Of a DNA stretch of 64,000 nt, positions 10,454-21,509 are shown piece after piece. The stretch covers positions 186,001-250,000 of the forward strand of contig CAUYUJ010000270.1 in NCBI GenBank assembly GCA_963575745.1, read 5' to 3'. Positions within the stretch are counted from its first letter, which is position 1, and each line of letters starts with the position of its first letter. This stretch comes from Prorocentrum cordatum. Taxonomy: Eukaryota. Under the pieces are notes generated by a model. It was given only the letters and a program-made list of their open reading frames with translations, made no database searches and had not been told where the DNA came from. Made by a program: the position numbers and the translations under genes.

Positions 10454-12079
10454 ATGGTTCTCGGAGGGCTGCTCCTGGCGTGGTTGGCGGTGCATCCTGT
10501 GCTCGGCGGAAAGAAGAAGGGAGAGTTCGGGACGTCGAGCAAGGGAAACCAAGGAGCGTGGGCCACTCAGGCGTTTCTGCGAGCACGCCAGTCTCGTCTC
10601 AACGGGGAGCGTGCTCCTGGAGAACCCGACTCGGACGGCTACGTCTGGGACAAGCCCTCGGCGGAGGAGACAGCGGCGGCGGCGGCCGAGAGCGACGCCC
10701 TGGAGGCGGCGGCGAGGCAGGCCCAAATCCAGGCAGAGGCGGATCAGGCAGACCGCGGGCCACCCACCGGAGGCGCGTCGTCCTCAGGGAGTGGTCGGGC
10801 AGCGAGCCATCAGGCCCGGCCGGGCCAGCCAGGGCCTCAGCCGCCCTTGCCTCCAGAACCACCTCCGGGGTACACTGGCCCATACCCCATGGTGGTCGAC
10901 CGATCGTTCAACTCCCAGGCGGCAGCGGCAGCGGCGGCAGCAGCAGTGCCTCCAGCAGTTCAGCAGGCAGCGATCAACACTCCGGTGGCATCGACCCCGC
11001 CACCAGTGAAGCCTCCTCCTCCAGGAACGATGCACATGCGGGGCACCACGGCGCTGCCTCCCCTGACGGGGCCCGCTGCAAGCAAGCCACCGCCCAAGCC
11101 GCCACCTACGCAGCTGGCATCGACTCCCGAGCCGTCGATCCCAGCGAAGCCGCCTCCCGGCCCAGTCAACGAGTGCGAGCATCCAGAGTCGTGCATCCGA
11201 TACTACGGGAACCAGCACGGGTCAGGTTCGAGGTGCACCCGGTGCCAGACCCGACTGGTGTGGATTCCCCGGGGCCAGGGGATGGCAGCGTGTCAAGAAC
11301 CACCGCAGTCAGCTGCCGAGGCAGCGCGGTCAGCGGCGGCATCGGCCCGGCGTGCTGTCAACATCCTGCAGGAGAGCCCAGGGTTCCGAGAGGGCGGGGC
11401 TGCCCTAACTACGGTGAACTCCCTGGGCACGCTGCTTCAGAGCCTACAGTGGCAGCTGCAGGAGATACCAGAGGGGATCCGCGCCTTCGGCCGGGTCCAG
11501 GAAGTGCTGGACCGTATGATTCAGGTGGCGACCGACACGCAGAGTGCGCCGACTCAGGTCCAGGAGGGACTCATGCAGATTCACCAGGTCCTGATGGGAA
11601 TCCAGGGCCACTTGGTGTCCCTCGAGGACTTCGGCGAGAAGCTCGACACGATGGAGTCCAGGATGCTCAACCTCGAGCAGAGCATGGGCCAGCTGGGATA
11701 CATCATCATGCAGGTAGGCCAGGGCGTGGCCGGACTACTTCACGTACATGGAATTCAGCAACTACATGGTGGTCAGGCCCCGGACGACCCCTGGGCGCCG
11801 GGCCCGACAGGGCCCATCGAGCCCAGAGGAGAAGGAGACTCGTCAGGCAGTGGCGGACACGGGCCTCACGAGGGCTCGAATTTCCAAGATGGTGGAGCAC
11901 AGCCGTCTACCACGACGCCGCCGAGCGACAGCGGCGGACACGGCGAGGAGTACAACACGACGCTCGCCACGACGACGGCCGACCCGAGCAACTGGTGGCC
12001 CCTGCCACCGATCCCGGAGGTCGCGACCGATCAGGAGCAGGAGTGGGAGCTGGTCAGCAACCAGGGGGAGCTCTACTGA
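10454..12079 (+). CDS. Accessory ORF B (541 aa from ATG 10454): signal-peptide-like N-terminus, Pro-rich region, CxH...GNxH...CxxC finger, heptad coiled coil; overprinted on the pol frame
   Basis: ORF 10421-12079 reads as a well-formed protein (MVLGGLLLAWLAVHPVLG; CEHPESCIRYYGNQHGSGSRCTRCQTRLVW; LQSLQWQLQ...LDTMESRMLNLEQSM), while the overlapping pol frame here has shifted-frame composition rich in R/G/A/P/H. Confidence 0.7.
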   Translation: MVLGGLLLAWLAVHPVLGGKKKGEFGTSSKGNQGAWATQAFLRARQSRLNGERAPGEPDSDGYVWDKPSAEETAAAAAESDALEAAARQAQIQAEADQADRGPPTGGASSSGSGRAASHQARPGQPGPQPPLPPEPPPGYTGPYPMVVDRSFNSQAAAAAAAAAVPPAVQQAAINTPVASTPPPVKPPPPGTMHMRGTTALPPLTGPAASKPPPKPPPTQLASTPEPSIPAKPPPGPVNECEHPESCIRYYGNQHGSGSRCTRCQTRLVWIPRGQGMAACQEPPQSAAEAARSAAASARRAVNILQESPGFREGGAALTTVNSLGTLLQSLQWQLQEIPEGIRAFGRVQEVLDRMIQVATDTQSAPTQVQEGLMQIHQVLMGIQGHLVSLEDFGEKLDTMESRMLNLEQSMGQLGYIIMQVGQGVAGLLHVHGIQQLHGGQAPDDPWAPGPTGPIEPRGEGDSSGSGGHGPHEGSNFQDGGAQPSTTTPPSDSGGHGEEYNTTLATTTADPSNWWPLPPIPEVATDQEQEWELVSNQGELY

Positions 12080-12444
12080 GGTCTCCCACTCTGTCTCAGG
12101 CCAGCATTTTAGAGCTGTCATCGTGCTTTGTGCAGTGTGGTTGCGCGAGACCCCATGCTGCCAGCACGACTTCTGGCGCCGAGAGCGCAGTGACTGAGAC
12201 GCAGAGTTTTGCTCCTCCTCCTCCTCCTCACTCCAGGCCCCCTCAGGCTCCTAGGGCTCGGAAGCGACCGGAGACCCTGGAGCGAGGGGCCCAGTGGACC
12301 GACGGGGACCGTCACAACGACGACCACGAGGTTGCGTGTAGCAAGAGGGCCCGAGAGGCTCTCGAACGTAGGGCCTGCGAGCAGCTAGGTGAGACGCTTG
12401 CCACCGAGGGACCTTTCGACCGAGGGCGTCGGGCCAAGACGGCG

Positions 12445-13071
12445 TTCATGGAAGTTTTCTCCCCGCACCGTAAGGCCCCTGAGGTGGCCAGGCGTGGGGC
12501 CCCAGTGGCCTCGGATCCCAGCTGGGATCTCAAGACCGGGTGGGATGCGTCTAAGAAGTCAGAAGTTCGTCGCCTCTGGAGGCGCATTAGGGAAGAGCAG
12601 CCCGAGACCATATGGCTGTGCTCGGAATGTCGGGTGTTCTCTGCGATCAATCGTTTAAATCGTCATCGGGTCGATCCGATCGCGTGGCAGAAATCGGTGA
12701 CAGCCGGTCTACGCGATCTAACTCTGTGCATGGAGATAGCCCTCTTCCAACACAGTAAGGGGCGGTACTTCATCTTCGAGCATCCCCTATACGCCTCCTC
12801 TTGGGACACGCGTGCTGTGCAGCTCGTGCAAGGGCTCGAGGGAGTCAGACGGCTGCGCATCGACATGTGTGCGTTCGGACTTCAAGTAGACAAGAGGGGG
12901 CCCAACAAGAAACCAACCGGCCTCCTCTCCAACCACCCCAGGGTGCTCCGGGACCTCGATGGCCACCTATGCACGGGGGGGCACCAGCATGCGTTGCTCG
13001 AGGGAGGCCATGTCACCACCAAGGCCAGCAGGTACCCCCCAGCCTTAGTTAGGAAGGTCGCCCGAGCCGTG
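12445..13071 (+). other. C5-cytosine DNA methyltransferase-like domain inside Pol
   Basis: Ordered motifs: FMEVFSP (I, divergent), WDLKTGWD, IWLCSECRVFS (IV, candidate catalytic Cys at 12628), FIFEHP (VI), DMCAFGL...KKPTGLLSN (VIII-like), ASRYPPALVRKV (X-like). Confidence 0.7.
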
Positions 13072-16000
13072 TCCGAGCAGTGGAGTGGGGCGGGCAACCG
13101 AGGGCCCTCCACCTGGGCGGAGCTGGCGGAAGATGCCTTCCCGGAGGATGATCTGGGTGATGCGGAGGTCGGATCGGAAGTAAGCGACGAGGAGGGACTC
13201 GACGAGCCAGAGACCAGACCAGCCCCACGTGAGAGGAAGACCGTCCCAGAACCAGAGCCCTCCGAGGAGGAGAAGCGTCTGGTCTTCAAACTCCATGTGA
13301 ACATGGGACATCCGGAGAATCGGAAGTTCCTGCGAGTCCTCAGAGCGGGTGGAGTCAAGAGACATGTTCTCACATGGGTGCGTGATCTTTTCAGATGTTC
13401 AGAGTGTGCCGAGAGGTCGAGAAGCGGCACTCATCGCCGAGTTGCCCTCCCCAGGACGTTCCGTTTTAATCACATCGTGGGGGTGGATCTCTTCTGGGTG
13501 GACTTCCAGGGAGGCACTCACGGGTTTCTCAACATCGTCGATCACGGTTCCAACCTCCAAGTTTGCGCCAGGGTAGCCGACGCTCGTGCGGCAACCGTGT
13601 GGCGAGCTCTTGTCCTGGCCTGGATTCGACCTTTCGGGGCCCCACACTATCTTATCTCGGACGGGGGCTCGGAGTTTGCTGGGAGGTTTGCGAGAGGAAC
13701 CGAGCAGTGGGGTGTCTATCACCATGTCTGCGATGCCGACTCACCGTGGCAAAACGGCCGTGTCGAACGTCACGGGGGTTGGGTTAAGGACCGACTTAAG
13801 GCCGAGATCGAGTCGGGATCGGCTCTCCCCGCCACGCTGGACGAGCTCGACGAGCTGGTGTCGGAACTGGTCGCCCACAAAAACCGTTTCTGGCATCGTG
13901 GAGGGTTCTCCCCCCTCCAGCTGGTTTTCGGAGAGAACCCTAGGCTTCCCCACGACCTGCTGTCCGACGACAGTAGGGGACTCCCAGGATGGCAAGATGT
14001 GGTGCGCTCCCCTATGGAGCAGGACGAGGCTGGTGCGGAGTTTGCTAGATCCCAGAAGATTCGAGATGCTGCGCGTCGTCTTGCCATCGAGGTGACCTCT
14101 CGGGATCAGGTCAGCCGAGCCTCCCGGGCCAGGACTGCGACGACCAGGACCTTCTCGCCGGGCCAGTGGGTGTTTGTGTGGAGGCACATGTCTCGTACTT
14201 CCTCCAGGGCCGATTCCCTGGGACGACGCCGGGATGGTTGGGCTGGTCCGGGCGTCGTGGTCCTCCATGAAGCCGGGACTGTTTGGGTTGCCGTCCGAGC
14301 GCGCCTTTGGAAGTGTTCGCCAGAGCAGATACGTCTGGCGAGTTCGGACGAGGAGTACGGATTGCAGCTTTCTCAGGATCCCAGGTGGCAGGAGTTATTG
14401 CAGCAAGCCAGGACTCGTCGGGCCTCGGCCGTGGACGTCCAACGAGAGGGAGCCCCGCCAGAGGACGCCTGGGACCGACCTCTGGGCCAAGAAGAGGATT
14501 CGGCCCCTCGTGTTGCGGGCCCTCCGGGCCCCGAGCCAGGTGGGCCAGAGGCCCCGGTCCGTCGTGAGAGCCCCTCGGTCCCGGGGCCCCCGTCGGGCAC
14601 GATTCGGGCGGCTGCTTCCAGGGCCTTTCGGGCTGGGTCCGAGTTGGGGCAGGAGTCTCACGCAGGTTCTGATGTCGCGCAGGCTGGCAGCATCCGCACC
14701 AGGCTTCCATCGATTGCCGAGAGCGAACCATCGACGGGAGATTTGTCCAGAGAAGTGACGCCAGGGAGAGAGGAAGGAAATCCCGGTCCCTCTACTGACG
14801 CTCCTGCTCCTTTGTCTTCCCCTCTCCCGCCTGTCGCCCCTCCTTCCACTGTTTCCCCTCTTTCGCCTCCCCCTGAACCTCCTCAGGCCACGGCGGGCTC
14901 GGCACCTCGGCCCCGAAGGGTGCTGACTCAGCCGGAGGACACGCCTTGGTGCATCCGCGCCCGGGCCGAGGCAGCCCGAGCATCCAGCTCGCCGCCAGAG
15001 TTCAAGCCGGCGAAGCTGGAGTCAGCCGACCCGTCGTCCTCGTCTCCGTCCGCCCCTCCGGTCTCCAGTGGTAGTGGTGGTCCTCCTCTCTCTCCTCCTC
15101 CGGGCCTCCCCGCTCCGTCTCCTACCCCAGGGCCGGGGCCCGGGACCAGGATCACTGCCGGCTCCGAGCCGCGCGTGTCAGTTGCCGATAAAGTCCAGGA
15201 GATCGAGGCCGGACGGGCTCGTGCCCGGTCACGCTCTCCCATGAGAGATGAGAGTTTTTCCGAAGGAGTGTTTTGGGTGGTTCCCGGGGCCGACGGCGTC
15301 GCCACCGTCCCAGCTGAGCAGCAGGAGCCGACGAGAGCCGAGGAGCATGACGGCGGCATCTTCGCCGCGAGCCGAGGCGGCGAGGTCTCGCTGAGAAATC
15401 TTTCTCCGGCCGACCGGGCCAAGTTTGAAGTGTCCGATGCTAAGGAGTGGGAGGCCATGAAGGCGACAGGTGCGGTAGAGGTGGTGGCCCCAAGCAAGGC
15501 ACGAGTCATCCGTCGCGAGCAGCCAGACCGCATCATCTCGAGCCGGATGGTCCGCCGCTGGAAGCCCCAGGAGGGCACCTTCGCCGCCCCCGACGCCAAG
15601 TCGAGGTGATGCGTCCACGGGCATAAGGACCCTGACTCCGGAGCCCTCGAAATATATGCCCCCACTCCTCAGACGTCGTCAATCATGATGTTCATCCAGA
15701 TAGCCATGAGCCTGGGTCTTCTATGTGATATCGCCGATGTCAAGAATGCTTTCTGCCAATCGGATAGAATGCATCGAGCACAGGGCGAGATCTACGTAGA
15801 GCCCTGTGAGGGGATCGTGCTAGAGCCCGGATCCCTGATTAGGCTGTTGGTCAATGTCTATGGTTTGAACGATGCCCCTATGGCCTGGAGGCGTACCGTT
15901 GTCAAGTATTTGGAGGCCCATGGGTTTGTGAGGTCCCTGCTGGAGCCCTGCTGGTGGATGCGCTACGATGACAAGGGGCGCATCGCCAACATGATACTGC

Positions 16001-17604
16001 TGGAAGTAGATGACTTCTTCATCGGGAGCTCAGACCAGGTCTCCCGGGACTGGATTAGGGGGGTTCTGGAGTCCAGGTTCAAATTCGGGAAGTATCGGGA
16101 TTGCCAGGCGGGCACGGTAGACTTTGCAGGCCGAAGGATCACCGTCGCCCCAGATAAGGCAGTGATCGACATGGAGAAGTACATTTCAGAAGAGATCCGC
16201 CCTCTGTCCATGTCCAAGGGGCGCCTGGCTCGCAAGGACTCCCCCCTGGAGCCTCAGGAGTTCAAGGCACTGCGGTCGCTCGTATACAAGTTCAATTGGT
16301 TGGGCCGTGAGGTCCGACCCGAAGCCGCAGGTGTAGCCAGCATCCTGGCCAGCAAGCTGAACCAGGCCAGGACCGGGGATGTGATCACGGCCAACAAGTT
16401 GGCTCGCCATCTGCGCTCTACGGCTTCCAGGGGACTCACTGTGTGGCGACTCGACCCAGACAGGATGGCCTTTTTGTCTTTCTCGGACGCCGGTGGCATT
16501 GGCTCCACCGACGGCCTGGATGACGAGCGTGGGCTGCCGGTCGATCCCACACAGGGAGCTTGGATGGTCCTGGCGGCCGATCGATCTGTGTTGGACAACC
16601 GTGCAGTCCGGGCTTCGATTCTAGGTTGGAGGTCGTCCAAGCTAAGACGAAAGGTGCCATCCACACTGCTGGCGGGAGATACGCAGGCTTTATCCGCAGC
16701 AGTTGCAGAAGTAGAGTTTTTACAGATCATGTATCGGGATGTGGTCTTCCACGATGTGGACGCTCCCGATTGTCGTCGAGCCTCCGGACCATTTACAACC
16801 GTGCTGCGACGAGACTGCTCTCTCGGATCTCGTGAGAAGCAGGTGCATGTGGTCGACGCCAAGTCGATCTACGATACGATGCAGAAAGAGGGCAATGCAT
16901 GCGCGCGGGACCGGCGCACGGCCATTGACCTCGCCATCATCTGTGAGTCCCTGGAGCGAGCTCGTGGCCATGTTCGCTGGATCCCACACGGGCGGATGCC
17001 AGTGGACGCTCTCACCAAGGAGGACGTCACGAAGTGCAATGCCGCTTTGTTCGATTTAATGTCCCATGGCCGCCTGATTTTAGTCGACGAGAGCTCAGAG
17101 GTGGCGAGACGCCGCTCCGAGCCGCAGCTCAAGAGTCGATCACAAGCAGCTTCGAGAGAAGAACTCGCTCGGGAGTCTCAGCCCACATGGATCCAGTTCC
17201 TGTCGGGGAGTTCTGCCGGTGGTGGTAGTAGTGGTGGTGTCGGTCCTCCTCCCCCCTCCTCTCTCTCCTCAGCTGAATCATCTATGCGCAGTTTGCCCTT
17301 GCCATCTCCGCTCTTCCAGTAATAATTTTCTCGTGTACAGTTTCTGTCCTTTCTTATCCCCTCTCCGTTCAAGTAGAGAAGGGGGCCGTTCCAGCGCAGG
17401 AACGGATAGTTGCTTTTAGTTGAGCCCAAGAGGGTGCTAAACCTAGGAGAAGTCGGACGGGTGTGACTGATCTCCAGAATTTACGTATTAGGTTTAGCAT
17501 TTGAGATCTTTACCTTGGTAGTCCTACCGAGTTGCAGCGTGTGCTCGGTGTACTGTTACCCTCTCTGGCTCAAGCCCAAAAACGTTCATCCAATCCTGTG
17601 CTGC

Positions 17605-18563
17605 CACAGGGGGGTGAACATCCCCCCCCCCACCCCTCCCTGCGTCTGGACGGGCTCCCCCGCGAGGTGTCAGAGGGTCCGTGTTGGTCCAAGATGGTTC
17701 CAAGAGGGCTTCCGAGCGCAAGATGGCTTCCAACATGGCCCAAGACAGTGGTAGATGGGCCAAGATCGCCTCCGACACACGTCCAAGAGGCCTCAAGACG
17801 ACCCCAAGACGGTTGCAGGTGCCCTCCGAGGCTTCCGACGACCCCCCAAAAATGCCAAACTCATTCAAAAACCTAAGGACAATCAATGTGTTGTGCCTTC
17901 TCGCTATTTCGCCTCCGATGGGCTCTTCAAGCCTCAAAATGGCCCAATGACGTCCCAAGATATCCCCAAGAGGGGTCCGAGAGGGCCCCAAAACGGCCCC
18001 AAGAGCGCTCCAAGAGCGGACCAAGAGGGCCCCAAAACTGCATGTTGAGCCTCCGAGGGGGGGGGGCCAGGAATTAAGGACCCCCCTCTTTTTTAGCGAA
18101 AGGGTCCAAGACGGCCCCACGAGGCCCCTCAGGCATCTCACAAGAGCCACAAGAAGGCACCCAGACCCCCCAGAAGAGCCCCCCAAAGGCCCGAACACGC
18201 CCCCAAAGAGCCCTAAGGAAAGGCCCTAAGAGGACCTCAGGAGAGCCCCAAGAAAGAGCCCCAGGAGGCCCCAAGAGGGGCCCAAGATAATACCAAGAGG
18301 GCCCCAAGATGCCTCCCAGTTTCGGAACGCACGATAGTTTAATCTGCAAATCAGTCCAACAGACATTGCAAGTCATCGAAACACCCCTCGCCCATCATCG
18401 AAGCACCATCGTAGCTTGCATCGGTTTCCATCTTAAACTCCAATGCGGGAAGCTATGTGTGATGCTTGTTTTCTCGAAGACGGCTGCGCGACTGCATGCG
18501 TCCTGCCGCCCCTGATTCACCAACTCCCCTGCTGATCGTTTCTGGATGGGCTGGTGGCGATAC
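17605..18563 (+). mobile_element. Non-autonomous Helentron-like element, copy A (5' truncated, 3' end split by an insertion)
   Basis: CCAAGA/GGCCC-rich body homologous to copies B-D; ends ATCGTTTCTGGATGGGCTGGTGG; the rest of the end is at 18846-18878. Confidence 0.6.
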
Positions 18564-21471
18564 TTGTTTTTGTGATCGCGACCGCGAGCGGGCACCCGCG
18601 CGGCGTCGTGAGGTCGAGCGAAGACCGTAAGCCGGTGGGCACAGCGCAACTGTCGCCGGCGAGACGCGGAAAAAGCAAGGGGCCACTACGAGGAGGCTGC
18701 GCTAGCGAGCGGCGTCGTAAGGTCGTGCGGAAAAAGAAGGGGCCGCTACGCCGAGCCAGCCCTACACGGCACCGCGCACCGCGGGCGAAGCAGGAGGGGG
18801 CGAAACGACGAAGAAAGCGAAGAGCAAGAGAGAGCGACAACGGAAGGCTGGTGGGGATACGCGAGGCGTCAAGCATTATTTTTCGAAAGGGTGCCTTCAT
18901 TTCAAAATGGAGCTCTCGCTCGAGACATCCTCGCGCTTGTATGACCCGAAGTTCCAAATGGTGCAACACTTCCACGGATGGAACGCCGACCCTTTCCAAA
19001 ACTGAGCTGTCACTGGACACCTGCTTGAATCATCCTACCTCTTCGCGTTTCTCCCAGCTTGAAGGATGGCGGGCGAATCCTTTGAAAAACTAGGTCTCGC
19101 ACGAGGCCCACTGGGCGCTTGTCATTCAAGGGGGTCGCTTCTCACAAGGGAAGGGAATATACTTTTGGGGATCTGTGCGAAGGGGATTTGGGATGGGAGG
19201 GCGTGTTGGAGCAACATGGTTCATGCATCCTGGATTTACTCTGATCATCCCCCCTCTCCTCCCACTTAAGACTATCCTTCTGCTCCTCGTCCACCTGCCC
19301 CCCTCCTCCGCGTAGCGCGGGGGCTCCTCATGCCGACCTTGCGCATCGACATCATTATGCAGCCGCCGAGGAACTGCGTTGCGCGGCGTCAGGGCAGGAG
19401 GCATTGAAGGATAAGGACGAAGACTGGGAGACTGATGATGATGATGATGCGCCCGCCGGAGTGTCCCGATAAGAGGGGAGGTGGGTGAGGAGGACGACGA
19501 GGAAGACGAAGAAGAAGAGGGCGAGGAGGAAGAGGATAAACTAGCAGGAAGTGAAACAGGACGAGGAAAGCGAGAACGAGAAGGAGAACGAGGACGACGA
19601 GGCCGACGGTGAGGGGAAGAAGGAGGAGGAAAGAGGGACGACAGTGAGGAGGTGGAGGAGCCAGAAAAAGAGGGTGGGCACAGGCACGGAGGACACGGAA
19701 CGGGCGGGGCAAGTGCGCCGAGGCGTTCCCTGGCCAAACTCCATCAGGTCTCCAGAGGGCGGAAGGAGGCCAAAGATGCTCAAGGAAACGAGTTCCTCGA
19801 TCTTTCGGGGGTCCCAAGACCGTGTGGTGAGAGACCGCGCGGCAACTTCGAAATCCCAAAGGATTTCACCGCACGGTCCGTCACTTCACAGTGTTGGGAC
19901 CCTGGCGGCCCCAATCGACCGTTACATCCGCGGAGAACGACTCGACTCGCAAAATCATGCGGTGACCACGGATACCACCGACTCACCACACGGCAAGGTC
20001 ACCATTCCCTTCGGGGGGCCCCGAATCTTTGGGTCTCGGTGGCGGGAGCAGGCCGAGAACGCGATCCTCGATCATCTAGCCTTGACCCGCGATCCTCGGT
20101 CCAGAGGCCTCGATCCTCGATCACCCTTGGTCCTTCTGGGTCTGACGAAAAAGGGGGCTAATAGAGGGGGGGTTGGCGAATCAACTCACGTAGCTGTTTT
20201 TTTCTGGCGCCTCCTGGCACCGGGAGGCGCCAGTGTTGAAGGAAGGCGCCCGACGGCAGGGCGGAAACCAGCTGCACGCAGCAGACTTCGTTGCCCCTGC
20301 CCCTGTCCGTCATTAGTGGGAGCCCAAGTGATCCTCGTCGCCTGGCTGTTCGGTCACTACTCGGGCCTGGGGCAGCCATTTGGGGCGATACGGACACCCG
20401 AAGAACGCTCTCGACAAGGCGCAGCCGCTGGAAGGCACCCCGAAGCTGGAGGACCGCCGAGAACCGGCGAAACCGTCCGAAGACACCCGTCGTCCGAAAC
20501 TGTTTCCTTCAGCCCGTGTGTGCAACTCCCGGGGAGCGATTCCTCGGCCCGTGAGCAGCCAGCCTGGCTGCCACCGCAACGGCAAGGAGGGCGAGGACCG
20601 CACGGCCGGGCCTGCACGCTTGGCGGCCGCGGGCGGGCGGGCCGCCCGCGGGCCTCGTGCAGCTCGGGGTTGGCGCCGCCGCCCGCAACGCCGTCGAGGT
20701 CGAGGCCCTCCTGCCGGCAGCTTTGTCGACGTCGTCGCGGTGCCGCTGCCCACCCGCGCCGTCGCCACCGCTGCCCGAAGTCGCCACCGCTGCCGCCTCG
20801 CGGCGGCGGCCCTCAGAGGGCGGGGTGCCGATGCCCAGGCGGCCCTCGGCAACACGCGCGTGCGGCCGCTGCCACGGCGACCGCGGCGGCAGCGGCGGCG
20901 ACTGCGGCGACGATGGCGACGACCGCCGCCCCCTCGGGAGAGCATGGCCTCCTCGGAAGAGCAGGATCGATTCTCGAGGCTCGAGGTTGTTGACTGTCTC
21001 TGCCAAGGGACGTGCCCCGCTCGGCGGCTCGCATGCAATGAGATGGCGGAAATGAGCTCACTGAACACAAACAATGCCCAAGGACGGTCCCAACCAACTG
21101 GGCAAAACGGCAACGCGGATTGTTTCTGCGTCCCTTCTAGGTTCTCCCGCGGGCCTCCAGAGGTCCCCCGGGGACCTCCTGAGGCCCCTGGTGACCTTTG
21201 GAAACCTCCAGAGAACTCTGGATTCTCTGGAGGCAGTCGTCGCAGCCGCCGTCGACGTCGTCGTCGAGGCTCGAGTGTCGAGTTTAGGGGAAGTTGTGGG
21301 GCCCCTTCGGGCATCCAGGAGACATCTCGTCGCCACAGCTAGATTCGCCTCGGAATCCTGGCGAACAAGCACCCCAAGAGAGGCCCGTGAGTCGTCGTGG
21401 TCGTCGTGGTCGTGGTCGTGGTCGTGGTCGTGATCGCAGGCGTAGGCGTAGGCGTGGTCGTGGTCGTGGTG

Positions 21472-21509
<38 letters not shown>

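Larger units (their letters stand above)
10204..17322 (+). pseudogene. pol: Pol polyprotein (DNMT-like, integrase, reverse transcriptase, RNase H) interrupted by one in-frame TGA at 15607-15609
   Basis: ORFs 10204-15609 and 15685-17322 are in the same frame. The junction reads AKSR*CVHGHKDPD, where Trp (TGG) is expected. Integrase HHCC (LHVNMGH...CSEC, ~13290-13407) and DDE (VGVDLF, ISDGGSEF, NGRVERH); RNase H FSDAG...VVDAKSIYD. Confidence 0.9.
7642..17574 (+). mobile_element. Ty1/copia-type retrotransposon (gag-PR-[accessory ORFs]-DNMT-like-IN-RT-RH), probably inactive copy; full LTR pair not found
   Basis: Domain order PR-IN-RT-RH and copia-type RT motifs (ADVKNAFCQ, YGLNDAP, LLEVDDFF). 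Boundaries are approximate: a 16-nt direct repeat at 7642/17459 and a TGGCTCAAG motif at 17566-17574. Confidence 0.92.

Noticed and set aside
15607..15609. Programmed readthrough or TGA=Trp recoding in pol
   Set aside because: A single TGG>TGA transition is simpler, and other ORFs here end at TGA. It would need conservation across copies to be reconsidered.
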